Positions 47,180-57,504 of a stretch of 64,000 nt of DNA are shown one piece after another. The stretch spans positions 13,157 to 77,156 of the forward strand of contig JAHDKO010000029.1 of the NCBI GenBank assembly GCA_018436855.1. Direction: 5' to 3'. The DNA comes from Deltaproteobacteria bacterium. Its GTDB lineage: Bacteria > Desulfobacterota > Desulfomonilia > UBA1062. Every line of letters starts with the position of its first letter. The stretch's first letter is position 1. The position numbers were made by a program, and so were the translations under genes. The notes beneath the pieces were generated by a model. It did no database searches. It was given only the letters and a program-made list of their open reading frames with translations, and was not told the DNA's origin.

Positions 47180-48930
47180 ACCCCTCCTTGTTCAAGGGAG
47201 GCCGCCCCCCCTGCCATGTCCTGCCGGATGGAATCGATATACTGATCGATCTCGTTGTCGGGCACGTCCTTCATGCGGGAGATCCTCTGCTTGATCCTCG
47301 ACGCGGAGATCTCGCTCACCATCATCCCCGTCTCTGCCATGCCTCTGGCGAAGTCGTTGAATTTCATGATAATGCTGAGCATCAGGTGCGACCGCTTGGG
47401 GTCCGAGTAGGTGTCGACGGGATGATAGGCGCTCTGCATCAGGAAATCCTCCCTGATCATGCGTGAGATGAGGAGCAGCAGCTTGTCGTTCTCCGGCAGG
47501 GCCTCCGGGCCCACCAGCCGGACGATCTCCTCCAGCTCCGCCTCCTTCTGCAGGGTGATGAGCGCCTGGTTGCGGACCTCGGTGTAGTCCGGGCTCACCT
47601 TTTCCCACCAGGTGTCCACGGAGTCGGCATACTTGCTGTAGCTCTGGAGCCAGTTGATCGTGGGGAAATGCCTCCGGTTCGCCAGGGCCACGTCAAGCGA
47701 ATAGAGGGCGTCCACGATCCTGAGCGTGTTCTGGGTCACCGGCTCGCTGAAGTCCGCGCCCGGGGGGCTCACCGCCCCGATGACCGTGGCCGACCCGACG
47801 CGGTCGGGGCTTCCGAGGCACTCCACCTTGCCCGAACGCTCATAGAAGGCCGACAGGCGCGAGCCCAGATAGGTGGGGAACCCCTCCTCGCCCGGGGTCT
47901 CCTCGAGCCTGGCCCCGATCTCGCGCATGGCCTCGGCCCAGCGCGAGGTTGAGTCGGCCACCAGGAGGATGTCGTAGCCCATGTCGCGGTAGTACTCCGC
48001 CATGGTGATCCCGATGAAGATGCTGATCTCGCGTGCCACCACGGGCATGTTGGAGGTGTTGGCGATGAAGATCTCCTTTTCCTGCAGGTAGCGTCCCGAG
48101 CCCGGATCCTTGAGCTCCTTGAAACTGTGGAGCACGTCCGCCATTTCGTTACCCCGCTCTCCGCACCCCACATAGATGTTCAACTGGGTCTGGGACCAGC
48201 GGGCCATCTGCTGGAGGTTCACGGTCTTTCCCGTGCCGAACCCGCCGGGAATGGCGGCCTTTCCTCCCAGGGCCAGGGGGAAGAGATAGTCGATGATCCG
48301 GGTGCCGGTCACCAGCAGGTCCACGGGGTCGAACCGCCTCTTATAGGGCCTGGGCTTTCTCGCCGGCCACCGCTGCATGAGGGTGAGAGGCCTGGTCTTG
48401 CCGTTCGATTCGAGCATGGCCACGGTTTCTTCCACCGTGTAGTCGCCCTCCTCGATGGAGTCGATGACGCCGCTCATCCCGGGCGGGACCATGATTCTGT
48501 GCTCGATGAGGCCGGTCTCCTGCACGGTGCCGATAATATCTCCGCCCTCCACTCGTGTGCCCGCCTTTACCCCGGGCATGAAGCGCCATTTCTTTTCCCG
48601 GTCGAGGGCATGGGTCCGTACGCCCCGGTGCAGGAAGTCGCCGACCTCGTCCTTCATGGTCACCAGCGAGCGCTGCACGCCGTCGTAGATGTTCCCCACG
48701 AGCCCCGGCCCCAGCTCGGCCATCAGGATCTCGCCCGTCCGGGTGACCTTCTCGCCCACGGTCAACCCCACGGTGTCTTCGTAGACCTGGATCACCGCTT
48801 TGTCCTGCTCCAGACCGATGATCTCGCCGTTGAGCCGTTCGTCGCCGATCTCCACCACCTCGTACACCTGGGAACCGCGCATGTCTTCCGCGATGATCAC
48901 AGGTCCTGAAATCCTCCAGATTTTTCCCAT
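47176..48930 (-). CDS. atpA: V/A-type ATPase catalytic subunit A
   Basis: 584 aa with Walker A GPFGSGKT-type GGFGTGKT. Confidence 0.9.
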   Translation of the reverse strand: MGKIWRISGPVIIAEDMRGSQVYEVVEIGDERLNGEIIGLEQDKAVIQVYEDTVGLTVGEKVTRTGEILMAELGPGLVGNIYDGVQRSLVTMKDEVGDFLHRGVRTHALDREKKWRFMPGVKAGTRVEGGDIIGTVQETGLIEHRIMVPPGMSGVIDSIEEGDYTVEETVAMLESNGKTRPLTLMQRWPARKPRPYKRRFDPVDLLVTGTRIIDYLFPLALGGKAAIPGGFGTGKTVNLQQMARWSQTQLNIYVGCGERGNEMADVLHSFKELKDPGSGRYLQEKEIFIANTSNMPVVAREISIFIGITMAEYYRDMGYDILLVADSTSRWAEAMREIGARLEETPGEEGFPTYLGSRLSAFYERSGKVECLGSPDRVGSATVIGAVSPPGADFSEPVTQNTLRIVDALYSLDVALANRRHFPTINWLQSYSKYADSVDTWWEKVSPDYTEVRNQALITLQKEAELEEIVRLVGPEALPENDKLLLLISRMIREDFLMQSAYHPVDTYSDPKRSHLMLSIIMKFNDFARGMAETGMMVSEISASRIKQRISRMKDVPDNEIDQYIDSIRQDMAGGAASLEQGGV

Positions 48931-48949
48931 AGGTTTAAGCCCTCACATA

Positions 48950-49303
48950 CTATATTTCGATATTGAACCCGACGAGTTGCTTGGTATATGCCTTGTAGAA
49001 GGCCTTCACGTCCATCGCGGCGGCCTGGTACCCCGAAGGCACGGTGATGATGACCGGGGAGTACTGCTTTTTCTCCCTCCGGGAACGGATGATGTCCTGA
49101 ACATGCTCCGCCCACACCTCGGGCAGCACGATGACGGCTACCGAGCCGTCCCCCAGAAAGGTTTCCAGCGCCTGGAGCACCGATTCCGCCGTATTCTGTC
49201 CCTCATCGATCACCCGGTACTTCTGTACCCCGGCCAGGCGCAGGAGCGCCGCCTGATCCCTGGTGCCGATGACCGCCATGGTCAGATTCTCACGCCTCTT
49301 CAT
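48950..49303 (-). CDS. atpF: V/A-type ATPase subunit F
   Basis: MAVIGTRDQAALLRLAGV... The start is taken at MKRRENLTM, overlapping the atpC stop; the ORF-track start 49426 is R/G-rich extension. Alternative start at 49279. Confidence 0.7.
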   Translation of the reverse strand: MKRRENLTMAVIGTRDQAALLRLAGVQKYRVIDEGQNTAESVLQALETFLGDGSVAVIVLPEVWAEHVQDIIRSRREKKQYSPVIITVPSGYQAAAMDVKAFYKAYTKQLVGFNIEI

Positions 49304-50343
49304 AGGCTCACCGCCAGATAATCCCTCACCTCGGCCGGGGGCAGCCTGTCTTCTACGGCCTTCAGGGCGACCCGCACATTGCGCAGCTCGTGCTCCTTGA
49401 AGGTGAGGTGCCACAAAACCGCGCACAGAGACAGCGATCGAGGGGAAAGAAGCTCGCGGACCCGCATGATCCGCTCTGGTTCCATGATCCGGTCGATGAC
49501 ATAGGCGCCCTGCTGTTCGACCTGCCGTGCTACCTCCTGGATCATGGCATGGTACGGGGTATCCTCGAGCCGGGCTGCGATCTCCTGGGCCTTGAGGCCC
49601 GCGAGTTCGCGCACCAGGTCCGGGGTGAGCAGATACCCTCCCGACACAACACCCCCCCCGTCGATTCCGCCGGGCATCCCCGATGCAGCCGCCCTTAGGA
49701 CCCTCCCCAGGATCAGGTAGTCGATGAGTATGCCGTGGGCCCGCAGGAGGATTTCGTGATCGTCCATGCCCTCAAGCGTTTCCCGGAGCATCTGCAGATA
49801 CAGCTGGTCGAGCCCCCTCTCCACCTGCCGGAGCGTCCTGCGGTCGATATCGGTCATCCTGCGGATGGGTCCGGCGTATTCGGCCATGCCGCCCGTGACG
49901 AGTACGGAGACAATCTCGCCCGGAGACTGCGCCCGGGACAGGTCGTTCAGCAGCCCCTGATTAAAGAGCGTCCCTGCAGGGATCATGTTTGCCGGTCTCT
50001 GAAAGACTACCTCTCTGAGGGCGCTTATGATGTTGGCAACATCATACTTGTGCAGGTAGCGGTCCATGAGCCTGGCCGCAGATGGATCGGGCCTGAGCCT
50101 TCTGATCCGGTCAAAGTACCTGTCGAGATATTTCCAGAGCAGCTCATCCATCTCGTCGAACCTCGCCGCTCCATACTCGGAGAGAAACCCGCCCAGGTCC
50201 GTGCCCTTCATGAAATCCACTGCCTCGGCCATGGACGCGGCGCGCAGGAGGATTTCTTCGAGCATCTCATGCTCCACGCCCTTTGCCTCCCGGGCCTTCA
50301 GGACAGCCACGAGGAACGCGAGTCGGTTGCTGGCAAGCCTCAT
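49300..50343 (-). CDS. atpC: V/A-type ATPase subunit C
   Basis: 347 aa helical protein of the subunit C (d) family. Confidence 0.8.
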   Translation of the reverse strand: MRLASNRLAFLVAVLKAREAKGVEHEMLEEILLRAASMAEAVDFMKGTDLGGFLSEYGAARFDEMDELLWKYLDRYFDRIRRLRPDPSAARLMDRYLHKYDVANIISALREVVFQRPANMIPAGTLFNQGLLNDLSRAQSPGEIVSVLVTGGMAEYAGPIRRMTDIDRRTLRQVERGLDQLYLQMLRETLEGMDDHEILLRAHGILIDYLILGRVLRAAASGMPGGIDGGGVVSGGYLLTPDLVRELAGLKAQEIAARLEDTPYHAMIQEVARQVEQQGAYVIDRIMEPERIMRVRELLSPRSLSLCAVLWHLTFKEHELRNVRVALKAVEDRLPPAEVRDYLAVSL

Positions 50344-50936
50344 GATCTGCCGTCTCCGAACAGGATATCGCCCACCCGGGGCATGAGCTTGGGTATGAGC
50401 ATTTCGAGCCGGGTGTCGAAGGTGTTGTCCACGCTCACCTTGCCATCGATGCTCTCGGTGATGACCCCGCCCATGCAGACGGTCACCTGCACGCTGGTGA
50501 TGCGGTCCTTGAGCTTCGGGGAGCGGGAAACGATATCCTTTACCTTTGCGACATCCTGGCCCGCGGTTTTGATCATCAGCGGCTGGTCGGACTGGAACGC
50601 ATCCACGGCCTCACCGATGAGATGCGACAGGGTGCCCGCCTCCGGGGTGTTGCCGGTCAGCTTCTGTTTTACCCGGCTGATCATCTCTTTGATGATGCCG
50701 TCCTTTTCCTTCAGGAGCTCCTGCCGGGCCCGCAGATCGGCCTGAGCGATGATCCGGGCCGCTTCGCGCCTCGAATCGGAGAGGAGCCTCTGCTTCTCGG
50801 TTTCGAAACGCTGCCGCCACTGCTCCTCGGCCCTGAGGACCATCTCCCCGGCCCTGGATCGCGCCTCGTCAACGAGCACCTGCGCCTCCTGCCTGGCCTT
50901 GGAGAGAATGGCCTCCCGCATTTTTGGGGTTTCCAT
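50340..50936 (-). CDS. atpE: V/A-type ATPase subunit E
   Basis: 198 aa with an N-terminal coiled coil and a C-terminal globular domain. Confidence 0.8.
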   Translation of the reverse strand: METPKMREAILSKARQEAQVLVDEARSRAGEMVLRAEEQWRQRFETEKQRLLSDSRREAARIIAQADLRARQELLKEKDGIIKEMISRVKQKLTGNTPEAGTLSHLIGEAVDAFQSDQPLMIKTAGQDVAKVKDIVSRSPKLKDRITSVQVTVCMGGVITESIDGKVSVDNTFDTRLEMLIPKLMPRVGDILFGDGRS

Positions 50937-50957
50937 GACGATTGTCCTCCCGCCGGC

Positions 50958-51434
50958 CTACATGAGCTCAAGGATGCTCAGGGCCATGATCGTGAAGACC
51001 AGCCCCAGAACACCGATCAGCTCCACGAAGACGGCCAGCATCATCGACGAAGTGAGTATCTGTCCTCTGGTCTTGGGCAGCAGGGCGATGCCCGATGCGC
51101 ACACCGAACCCTGGAATATGGCGGAGAACAGCTCGGCAAAGGCAGCCATAGTCCCGATGGCGAGCACGGCAATCCCGCCTGCAATGCCCACGGTGAGATT
51201 CGGGAGCACCACGGTAAGAATGATGATCAGGATGATCAGCCCGTAGAAGCTCTGGGTCATGGGAAGAGAAGCCAGCACAATGACATTCCGAAGCTGTCCG
51301 GGCTCTTCCGAGAGAGTTCCCACGCCCGAGGATGCGGCATTGGCGATCCCGATGGCCGATCCGGCAAGCCCGCCGGCCAATGCAAGTGCTCCACCTATTA
51401 GTGCCAGGGCCTGAATAAGGGTCATACTTTTCAC
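50958..51434 (-). CDS. atpK: V/A-type ATPase proteolipid subunit K, 4-TM duplicated hairpin, with a Na+-binding signature
   Basis: 158 aa. TM2 has L-P-M-T-Q-S-F-Y, TM3 has IFQG and TM4 has VELIG. These give the L, T, Q, Y, Q and E set known for Na+ coordination in Enterococcus hirae NtpK. Confidence 0.85.
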   Translation of the reverse strand: MKSMTLIQALALIGGALALAGGLAGSAIGIANAASSGVGTLSEEPGQLRNVIVLASLPMTQSFYGLIILIIILTVVLPNLTVGIAGGIAVLAIGTMAAFAELFSAIFQGSVCASGIALLPKTRGQILTSSMMLAVFVELIGVLGLVFTIMALSILELM

Positions 51435-51444
51435 CTCTCCTTTG

Positions 51445-53448
51445 TTATGATTTTCTCCCCACCAGGACGGTACGCTGCTGGGGTATTTGAAATGGCGAAT
51501 AATCTCTCCCCCCTCCTTCGTAGAACTTGAGCAGGAACTCCACGAAGCAGAGCCTCAAGGAATGGATGAAGGCCGCCAGGGCGCCGAGCAGCAGGTTGAA
51601 TACATGGAAGATCGTGAGCAGGACCACCCCGATCAGGAAACTCAAGCCTGCCCCGATCACCCCGGGAACGGCATTCCCCAGGCCCGTTGACACCCAGTTG
51701 GAGAGAAGGTTGAACGACGATGCCAGATAGTAGGTGGCAAGCCCAACGCCGGCCAGCCGCGAATAGGACATGACATCGCCGAGAATGCCCGTGAGGTCGA
51801 AAATCCAGAAGATGGAGCCCAGCCCGCCCATCTGAAGGAATGATCCGATGATGACGCCCAGAACCCCCAGTGCGAGGAGATAGCCGAACACCGTGTAGGC
51901 GGCAGCACTTAAAGGGAGGAGATCCATGCCCAGCATCACGTGAAAGAGATAGGGAATCCCGAAGATCTGGACCGCGAAGAGCCCGATCTTGTTGATCACG
52001 ATGCCTTTGCTCCGCGCTTTGACGCCCCTGATGAAGCTCAGCATGTGGGCGATGTTCAGGTGTACCAGGCCGATGATCAGGGATAATACGATAAAGGAGA
52101 TGGGCTGCGAGAACACGGACTGGACGGCCCCTGCAAGGGCGAGCCTTTCCGGCGGGATCCCTGCATAGCGGTCGAGGAAATCCCCCAGGAACGAGCCCGA
52201 GAGAATGCCGATCACGAGCGATGCTGCGCCGCAGATGATGAGCACCCTCCGGAAGAGCCTGGTGCCCTCGGCGTGAGGATCGTCCACCAGCTTGTTCAGC
52301 AGGAACACCGCAACCAGGAGCAGCCCCACGGCATAGATCACGTCATTGAGCATGAGCCCGAAGAAGAAGGCGAAGAAATAGGCGATGGAAGGCGTCGGAT
52401 CCCAGTCGCCGTACCGGGGGGTGCTGAAGAGCTTGACGATGACCTGGAAAGGCCTGATCCCTCCGGGATTCTTCAGCTTGGTGGGCGGAATGTCGTGCAG
52501 ATCGGGGGGGCGCGAGTCGATGAAAACCTGCTTGCCGTTCTGGGAAAACTCCGATGAAACCCTGTCGATGCTGCCCCTGGGCACCCAGCCCTCGAACACG
52601 GTGAGATACCGGGCGGTTGCCGCCATCTCCAGGATATCGAGCCGGGAGTACTCCCCCTGGAGAATATCCCGATAGAGCACGATCTTCTGCAACTGTTCTT
52701 CGATAATGGCCTGTATGTCGTTCTCCAGGACCCCCAGGCTTGTGACCAGTTCTTCCTTGATGGTCCTCCGGTGGGCATTGAAATTGCGCAGGGTCATGTC
52801 TTCTTCCATGAAGGGAAGCTGGGTGCCGCCCAGATTCGCGGCCGCCTTTTCGATGCGGTCCCGGTCATGCACCCTGGCGAGAAGATAGATCACGTCTTCA
52901 CCGCCTGACTGCGCCTCCACTCGGTGCAGCAGGAGGTCCTCCATGTCATCCAGGAACGGTCCGGTGGCCTCGCGGGGGAAAATAACCACCCGTGAAAAGA
53001 GGTAGGGGCCGGTATAGTGGAGATCCGCCAGCGGCACATCGACAGCCTGAGCCAGGGCCTCAAGGAACCTGGCCGAGGTGTCCAGGGCATTGATCCTGGT
53101 TCTGAAGCCTTCCCTGCGCTCCAGCAGAGACGAAAGCCGGTCTTTGAGGGCATCAACCCGGCTGAGGACCTCCCCGGGCTCCATGGGCGCGATCTGGGGC
53201 GGAATGGTTACCTCGCGGACACCCCTGAGGCTGTCCAGAATTTCGTTTATCTCCTGTACGGCCCTTCGCGTGCGCTGTTTCCTGGAGGTGATCTCTTCCA
53301 CCTCCGGGGGTGAAAGCTCCTTGGCCTCTTCCACATGGAGCACGCCCAGTTTCTGCAGATCGGCGAGAGCTGCTGACGAGCTGTCTTTCAAGGCTGCTAC
53401 TCTGACCCGCAACATCTCTTCAGGGTAATTGATGAATATCGGGACCAT
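51445..53448 (-). CDS. atpI: V/A-type ATPase subunit I (a-subunit)
   Basis: 667 aa with an N-terminal cytoplasmic domain and a C-terminal 7-8 TM domain. Confidence 0.85.
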   Translation of the reverse strand: MVPIFINYPEEMLRVRVAALKDSSSAALADLQKLGVLHVEEAKELSPPEVEEITSRKQRTRRAVQEINEILDSLRGVREVTIPPQIAPMEPGEVLSRVDALKDRLSSLLERREGFRTRINALDTSARFLEALAQAVDVPLADLHYTGPYLFSRVVIFPREATGPFLDDMEDLLLHRVEAQSGGEDVIYLLARVHDRDRIEKAAANLGGTQLPFMEEDMTLRNFNAHRRTIKEELVTSLGVLENDIQAIIEEQLQKIVLYRDILQGEYSRLDILEMAATARYLTVFEGWVPRGSIDRVSSEFSQNGKQVFIDSRPPDLHDIPPTKLKNPGGIRPFQVIVKLFSTPRYGDWDPTPSIAYFFAFFFGLMLNDVIYAVGLLLVAVFLLNKLVDDPHAEGTRLFRRVLIICGAASLVIGILSGSFLGDFLDRYAGIPPERLALAGAVQSVFSQPISFIVLSLIIGLVHLNIAHMLSFIRGVKARSKGIVINKIGLFAVQIFGIPYLFHVMLGMDLLPLSAAAYTVFGYLLALGVLGVIIGSFLQMGGLGSIFWIFDLTGILGDVMSYSRLAGVGLATYYLASSFNLLSNWVSTGLGNAVPGVIGAGLSFLIGVVLLTIFHVFNLLLGALAAFIHSLRLCFVEFLLKFYEGGGRDYSPFQIPQQRTVLVGRKS

Positions 53449-53591
53449 GTGCGCTAGAACCTCCCTTTCCGGTCGTCATCCCCTCGCCTGGGGTGGAAAC
53501 TCACTTTCTTAAAAGGTGTGGTTTATTCCACTGTGATCTTCCTGCTCCTTAAAAACCCTCCACCACGAACAAGGCATTCTTTTCCGCCCCG

Positions 53592-54056
53592 TTAGTCCGC
53601 CCTTTTCAGGGCCTTGCGCATTTCCTCCTCATAGCCCAGGACGGCAAAATAGATTACCCGGTCGAAAAACAGGACCACCTTGTTGTTCAGCTCCAATGCC
53701 TGGGAGAGCTCGAACGAGGAGGAAAAGAACTGGTTTTCCATGACAAAGATCCAGAGGTGCCGCTTGATGAGCATCAGTGTCATGACCAGATCGCTCAAGG
53801 GGATGTTTTCGTTGTAACGCTGCGCCCCGAGCTCGGTGTAGTGCTGCTTGATCTCGCCCTTTTTCTTATCCTTGCTGAGCCACGAATCGAGCCTGCTGTA
53901 CACATCGAATACACGCCAGTACACCTCTTTTTCGGGCAGAGTTTTATAGCTCCTGGTTTCATCCCTGCTGAGAATGTCCCGCATCAGACGCTTGGTCAGA
54001 TGGTCTGCGTTTTCCTGAATCAGTTCAACGATCTTCTGATAAATCATTTCACCCAT
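53592..54056 (-). CDS. hypothetical protein, first gene of the V-ATPase gene string, with lower GC than its neighbours
   Basis: 154-aa K/E/N/F-rich protein. Its DNA is about 50% GC against about 62% for the flanks, and it is followed upstream by a 690-bp AT-rich intergenic region. Confidence 0.5.
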   Translation of the reverse strand: MGEMIYQKIVELIQENADHLTKRLMRDILSRDETRSYKTLPEKEVYWRVFDVYSRLDSWLSKDKKKGEIKQHYTELGAQRYNENIPLSDLVMTLMLIKRHLWIFVMENQFFSSSFELSQALELNNKVVLFFDRVIYFAVLGYEEEMRKALKRAD

Positions 54057-54745
54057 GTCTCTCTCCCCTTTAAGTGTTGTGGTTCATTGTCCCTGAGCTG
54101 CCGCCCGAGGAGTCCCTTTCAGGCACAGACTAAGCCGTCAGGAGTTCCGCAGGCAGTGAAAATGAAAAATATCTTCCAAGCTTATGTCGCCCCGGCATGA
54201 TGCAGGGCGCGCATGGGCCTATTTCTGTTCGTTCCCCGAGAGCTTTGATAACCACGCACACGAAACCGGTCATGAAAAGAAACCCCCATATTCATTCACA
54301 TTCATGAAAATCAAACAAAGCCGATCGAAAAACGGCAATCATTTATATTAAAAACGAAAAGCCTTTGAATCCCTGGAATTAAAAAATAATCAGGGTTTCA
54401 TGAAAGTCAAGAGCGGCACGAAAAATATCTTTTATCATAATAAAGCATTACATGCTGTATGTCGTGCAGACTCGCCTGCCCTGCGGATTCACGCGTAAGG
54501 ATCGGCACATCTCGAACATGCTCCCGGAGACGGATGGAAAAAAGGCCTTAAGGTAGTGCTTTCCAGCCGGTGCACGTCCTTCGCATGACGGTAAGCCGGT
54601 GGAACTGCAGGAACGGGCGTGTGGGAGCGTATGGGACAGTACGGAACCGGGATGTGCCGTCTGTCGAAAATCGACGGTTTGGGTGGGAGAATGTGGATTG
54701 AACAAGGGGGGGAGAACGATCCCTCCCCCCTGTTGTCTGACGGAT
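54057..54745. promoter_or_regulatory. AT-rich intergenic region, a probable promoter or regulatory region for the V-ATPase gene string
   Basis: 690 bp with markedly lower GC (long A/T runs such as ttatattaaaaacgaaaagc and aattaaaaaataatc). It lies between the hppA stop and the start of the 154-aa ORF. Confidence 0.4.
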
Positions 54746-56740
54746 TTAGACGAGCAGCGGTGCGATAACCAGCGCGATAACGCTCATGAGCTTGATGAGG
54801 ATGTTCATGGATGGACCCGAGGTATCCTTGAACGGATCGCCCACAGTGTCACCCACGACCGCAGCCTTGTGCGCATCGCTGTGCTTGCCGCCATAGTGAC
54901 CGGCCTCGATGAACTTCTTTGCATTGTCCCAGGCGCCGCCTGCATTGGCCATGAACAGGGCCATGAGCACCCCTGCCAGGGTTGCGCCTGCGAGCATGCC
55001 GCCCAGGGCCTCGGGGCCGAGAATGAACCCGACCGCGATCGGGGCTATGATCGCCAGGAAACCCGGCTTGAGCATCTCGACCAGGGCGCCCTTGGTGGCG
55101 ATGTCAACACACTTGGCCGTATCGGGCTTGCCCTTGCCTTCCATGATGCCGGGGATCTCGCGGAACTGCCGCCTGATCTCTTCGACCATCTTGTATGCCG
55201 CCTTGCCCACTGAGGTCATGGTCATGGCCGCCACGAGGAACGGGATGATGCCGCCGATGAACAGACCCATGACGACCCACGGATCCGTGATGTTGATGAA
55301 CTCCAGCCCCACCGCCTGTCCGAACGCGGAGAACAGGGCCAGGGCCGTCAGGGCCGCGGAGCCGATGGCAAAGCCTTTGCCGATGGCCGCAGTGGTGTTG
55401 CCCAGGGAGTCGAGCTCGTCGGTGATCTTCCGGATCTCCGGGCCAAGGCCCGCCATCTCGGAGATGCCGCCTGCGTTGTCCGCGACCGGGCCGTACGCGT
55501 CGACCGCCATGGTGGCGCCCACGGTGGCGAGCATGCCCACAGCCGCGATACCGATGCCGTAGAGGCCGGCGAAGTAGGCCGAGAAGCCGATGGCCACCAC
55601 GATGATGAAGAGCGGGATGGCGGTGGACTCAAGACCCACGGCAAGGCCGGTGATGATGTTGGTGGCAGGACCGGTCTGCGATGCCTCCGCGATCTTCCGG
55701 ACCGGGCTGGCCGAGCAGTACCACTCGGTTACCCATCCGATGAGCACGCCGGCGACCATGCCCCAGAACACCGCCCAGAACACGCCGTTGTGCACGTCCA
55801 TGCTCCGGACAATGATGTAGGCAAGGATCAGGAAGAGAACGGCAGAGGTAAGGCTCGAATATCTCAGAGCCGCTGCAGGACCTGCCTTGCCCCATACCTT
55901 CACGGACCACACGCCCACCAGGGAGGTGATGAAACCGACCATGGCAAGCACGAGCGGCAGTGTGATGTAGGATGTCTGCGCGCCTTCCCATCCGAGGGCC
56001 CCGAGGCTCATGGTGGCGGCAATGGCGATGGTCGCGATCACCGAGTTCACGTACGACTCGAAGATGTCTGCGCCCATGCCCGCGATGTCGCCCACGTTGT
56101 CGCCCACGTTGTCCGCTATGACGCCGGGGTTTCTGGGGTCGTCTTCAGGAATGCCTGCCTCGACCTTTCCCACGAGGTCGGCCCCGACATCCGCTGTCTT
56201 CGTATAGATGCCGCCGCCCACACGAGCGAACAGCGCAACGGAAGAAGCGCCCATGCCGAAACCGCTCAGGTACTGCAGAGTCCCCATGCTATTGAAGTAA
56301 TAGAAAAATATTCCAACACCTATGAGACCAAGGGAGGCAACCGATATGCCCATGACCGCGCCGCCGCCGAAATAGGAGACATTCAGCGCTGCCTCGAGCC
56401 CGCCGGTCTTTGCGGCCTGGCTCGTCCGGACATTCGCCATGGTGGCGGAGTTCATGCCCGTGAACCCTGCAGCGATGGAGCAGATTGCGCCGCCAATATA
56501 GGCGAGACCTGTCTGCCACCCGAGCCCCCATACAAGCAGCAGGGCCACGATGACGATGAAGACCGCGAGGATGCTGTACTCCCTCCTGAGGAATACCATG
56601 GCCCCCTCGTGAATCTGCTTCGCCAGGTCCTGCATGACCTCGTTGCCTGGATCCTTCTTCTTGAGGTTGAGATACATCAAGAAGGCGATGATGAACCCGA
56701 CTACCCCTACAACCCACGCCCAATTTGCCCATTGTTCCAT
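54746..56740 (-). CDS. hppA: membrane-bound ion-translocating pyrophosphatase, K+-dependent subfamily
   Basis: 664 aa with about 16 TM helices, [18 protein letters not shown], and [10 protein letters not shown] (Ala at the K+-dependence position). Confidence 0.9.
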   Translation of the reverse strand: MEQWANWAWVVGVVGFIIAFLMYLNLKKKDPGNEVMQDLAKQIHEGAMVFLRREYSILAVFIVIVALLLVWGLGWQTGLAYIGGAICSIAAGFTGMNSATMANVRTSQAAKTGGLEAALNVSYFGGGAVMGISVASLGLIGVGIFFYYFNSMGTLQYLSGFGMGASSVALFARVGGGIYTKTADVGADLVGKVEAGIPEDDPRNPGVIADNVGDNVGDIAGMGADIFESYVNSVIATIAIAATMSLGALGWEGAQTSYITLPLVLAMVGFITSLVGVWSVKVWGKAGPAAALRYSSLTSAVLFLILAYIIVRSMDVHNGVFWAVFWGMVAGVLIGWVTEWYCSASPVRKIAEASQTGPATNIITGLAVGLESTAIPLFIIVVAIGFSAYFAGLYGIGIAAVGMLATVGATMAVDAYGPVADNAGGISEMAGLGPEIRKITDELDSLGNTTAAIGKGFAIGSAALTALALFSAFGQAVGLEFINITDPWVVMGLFIGGIIPFLVAAMTMTSVGKAAYKMVEEIRRQFREIPGIMEGKGKPDTAKCVDIATKGALVEMLKPGFLAIIAPIAVGFILGPEALGGMLAGATLAGVLMALFMANAGGAWDNAKKFIEAGHYGGKHSDAHKAAVVGDTVGDPFKDTSGPSMNILIKLMSVIALVIAPLLV

Positions 56741-56757
56741 ACGACGTTAACCTCCCT

Positions 56758-57330
56758 TCACGTACTTGGTATATCTCTATCCCGTCTGTTGTAGACGTTC
56801 ATTGCTCTGTCAACGCCATCACGCAAGCATATTTCCACCGCGGATACCGCATCTTCAATCTGTGAGCGGATAACCGGCAGATCTTCTTTGGTGAAATGCC
56901 CTAACACATAATCCCTTGGGTCGCAACCGTTTACCGGCCTTCCTATCCCGCAGCGTATCCTGATGAATTCATTGCCGGAAAGGGCCTCAACTATGGAGAC
57001 GAGCCCCTTGTGACCCCCTGTTCCACCGCCGGACTTCACGCGAACCTGCCCGAAAGGGATGTCCATGTCATCGTGGATGACGATGAGGTCTGCAGGGTCC
57101 ACATCCATGGTTCTTAAGGGTTCTCCGCTCAGGTTCATGTATGTGTAGGGTTTGGCGAGCATAACGGGGGTCCTATCGACCCGGCCTTTTCCACTGACCA
57201 GCCGGTTCTTCTGCCTTTTCAGGGAGATGTTCCACTTCTCCGCGAGGAAATCCGCCACGAGAAAGCCGATATTGTGCCGGGTATATTTGTATTGATCGCC
57301 CGGATTTCCCAGCCCGTATATCAATTTCAT
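56758..57330 (-). CDS. pth: peptidyl-tRNA hydrolase
   Basis: MKLIYGLGNPG...YTRHNIGF...catalytic His/Asp. The start is taken at M10 of the ORF-track ORF. Confidence 0.9.
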   Translation of the reverse strand: MKLIYGLGNPGDQYKYTRHNIGFLVADFLAEKWNISLKRQKNRLVSGKGRVDRTPVMLAKPYTYMNLSGEPLRTMDVDPADLIVIHDDMDIPFGQVRVKSGGGTGGHKGLVSIVEALSGNEFIRIRCGIGRPVNGCDPRDYVLGHFTKEDLPVIRSQIEDAVSAVEICLRDGVDRAMNVYNRRDRDIPST

Positions 57331-57504
57331 CCACGCACCCAAAAAATGAATACTCATTCATCACCCGGATGTATATACCTTATCCCACCCTGGTGTCAAG
57401 TGTACTTTCAGTCGGTTTGACATGATTATTCTTGGTTTTTCTGTCACTTACTCCCCTTCTTTTCAGCACCTTGACTGTGGCCGTATTCGTGGTATGGAGA
57501 AATT

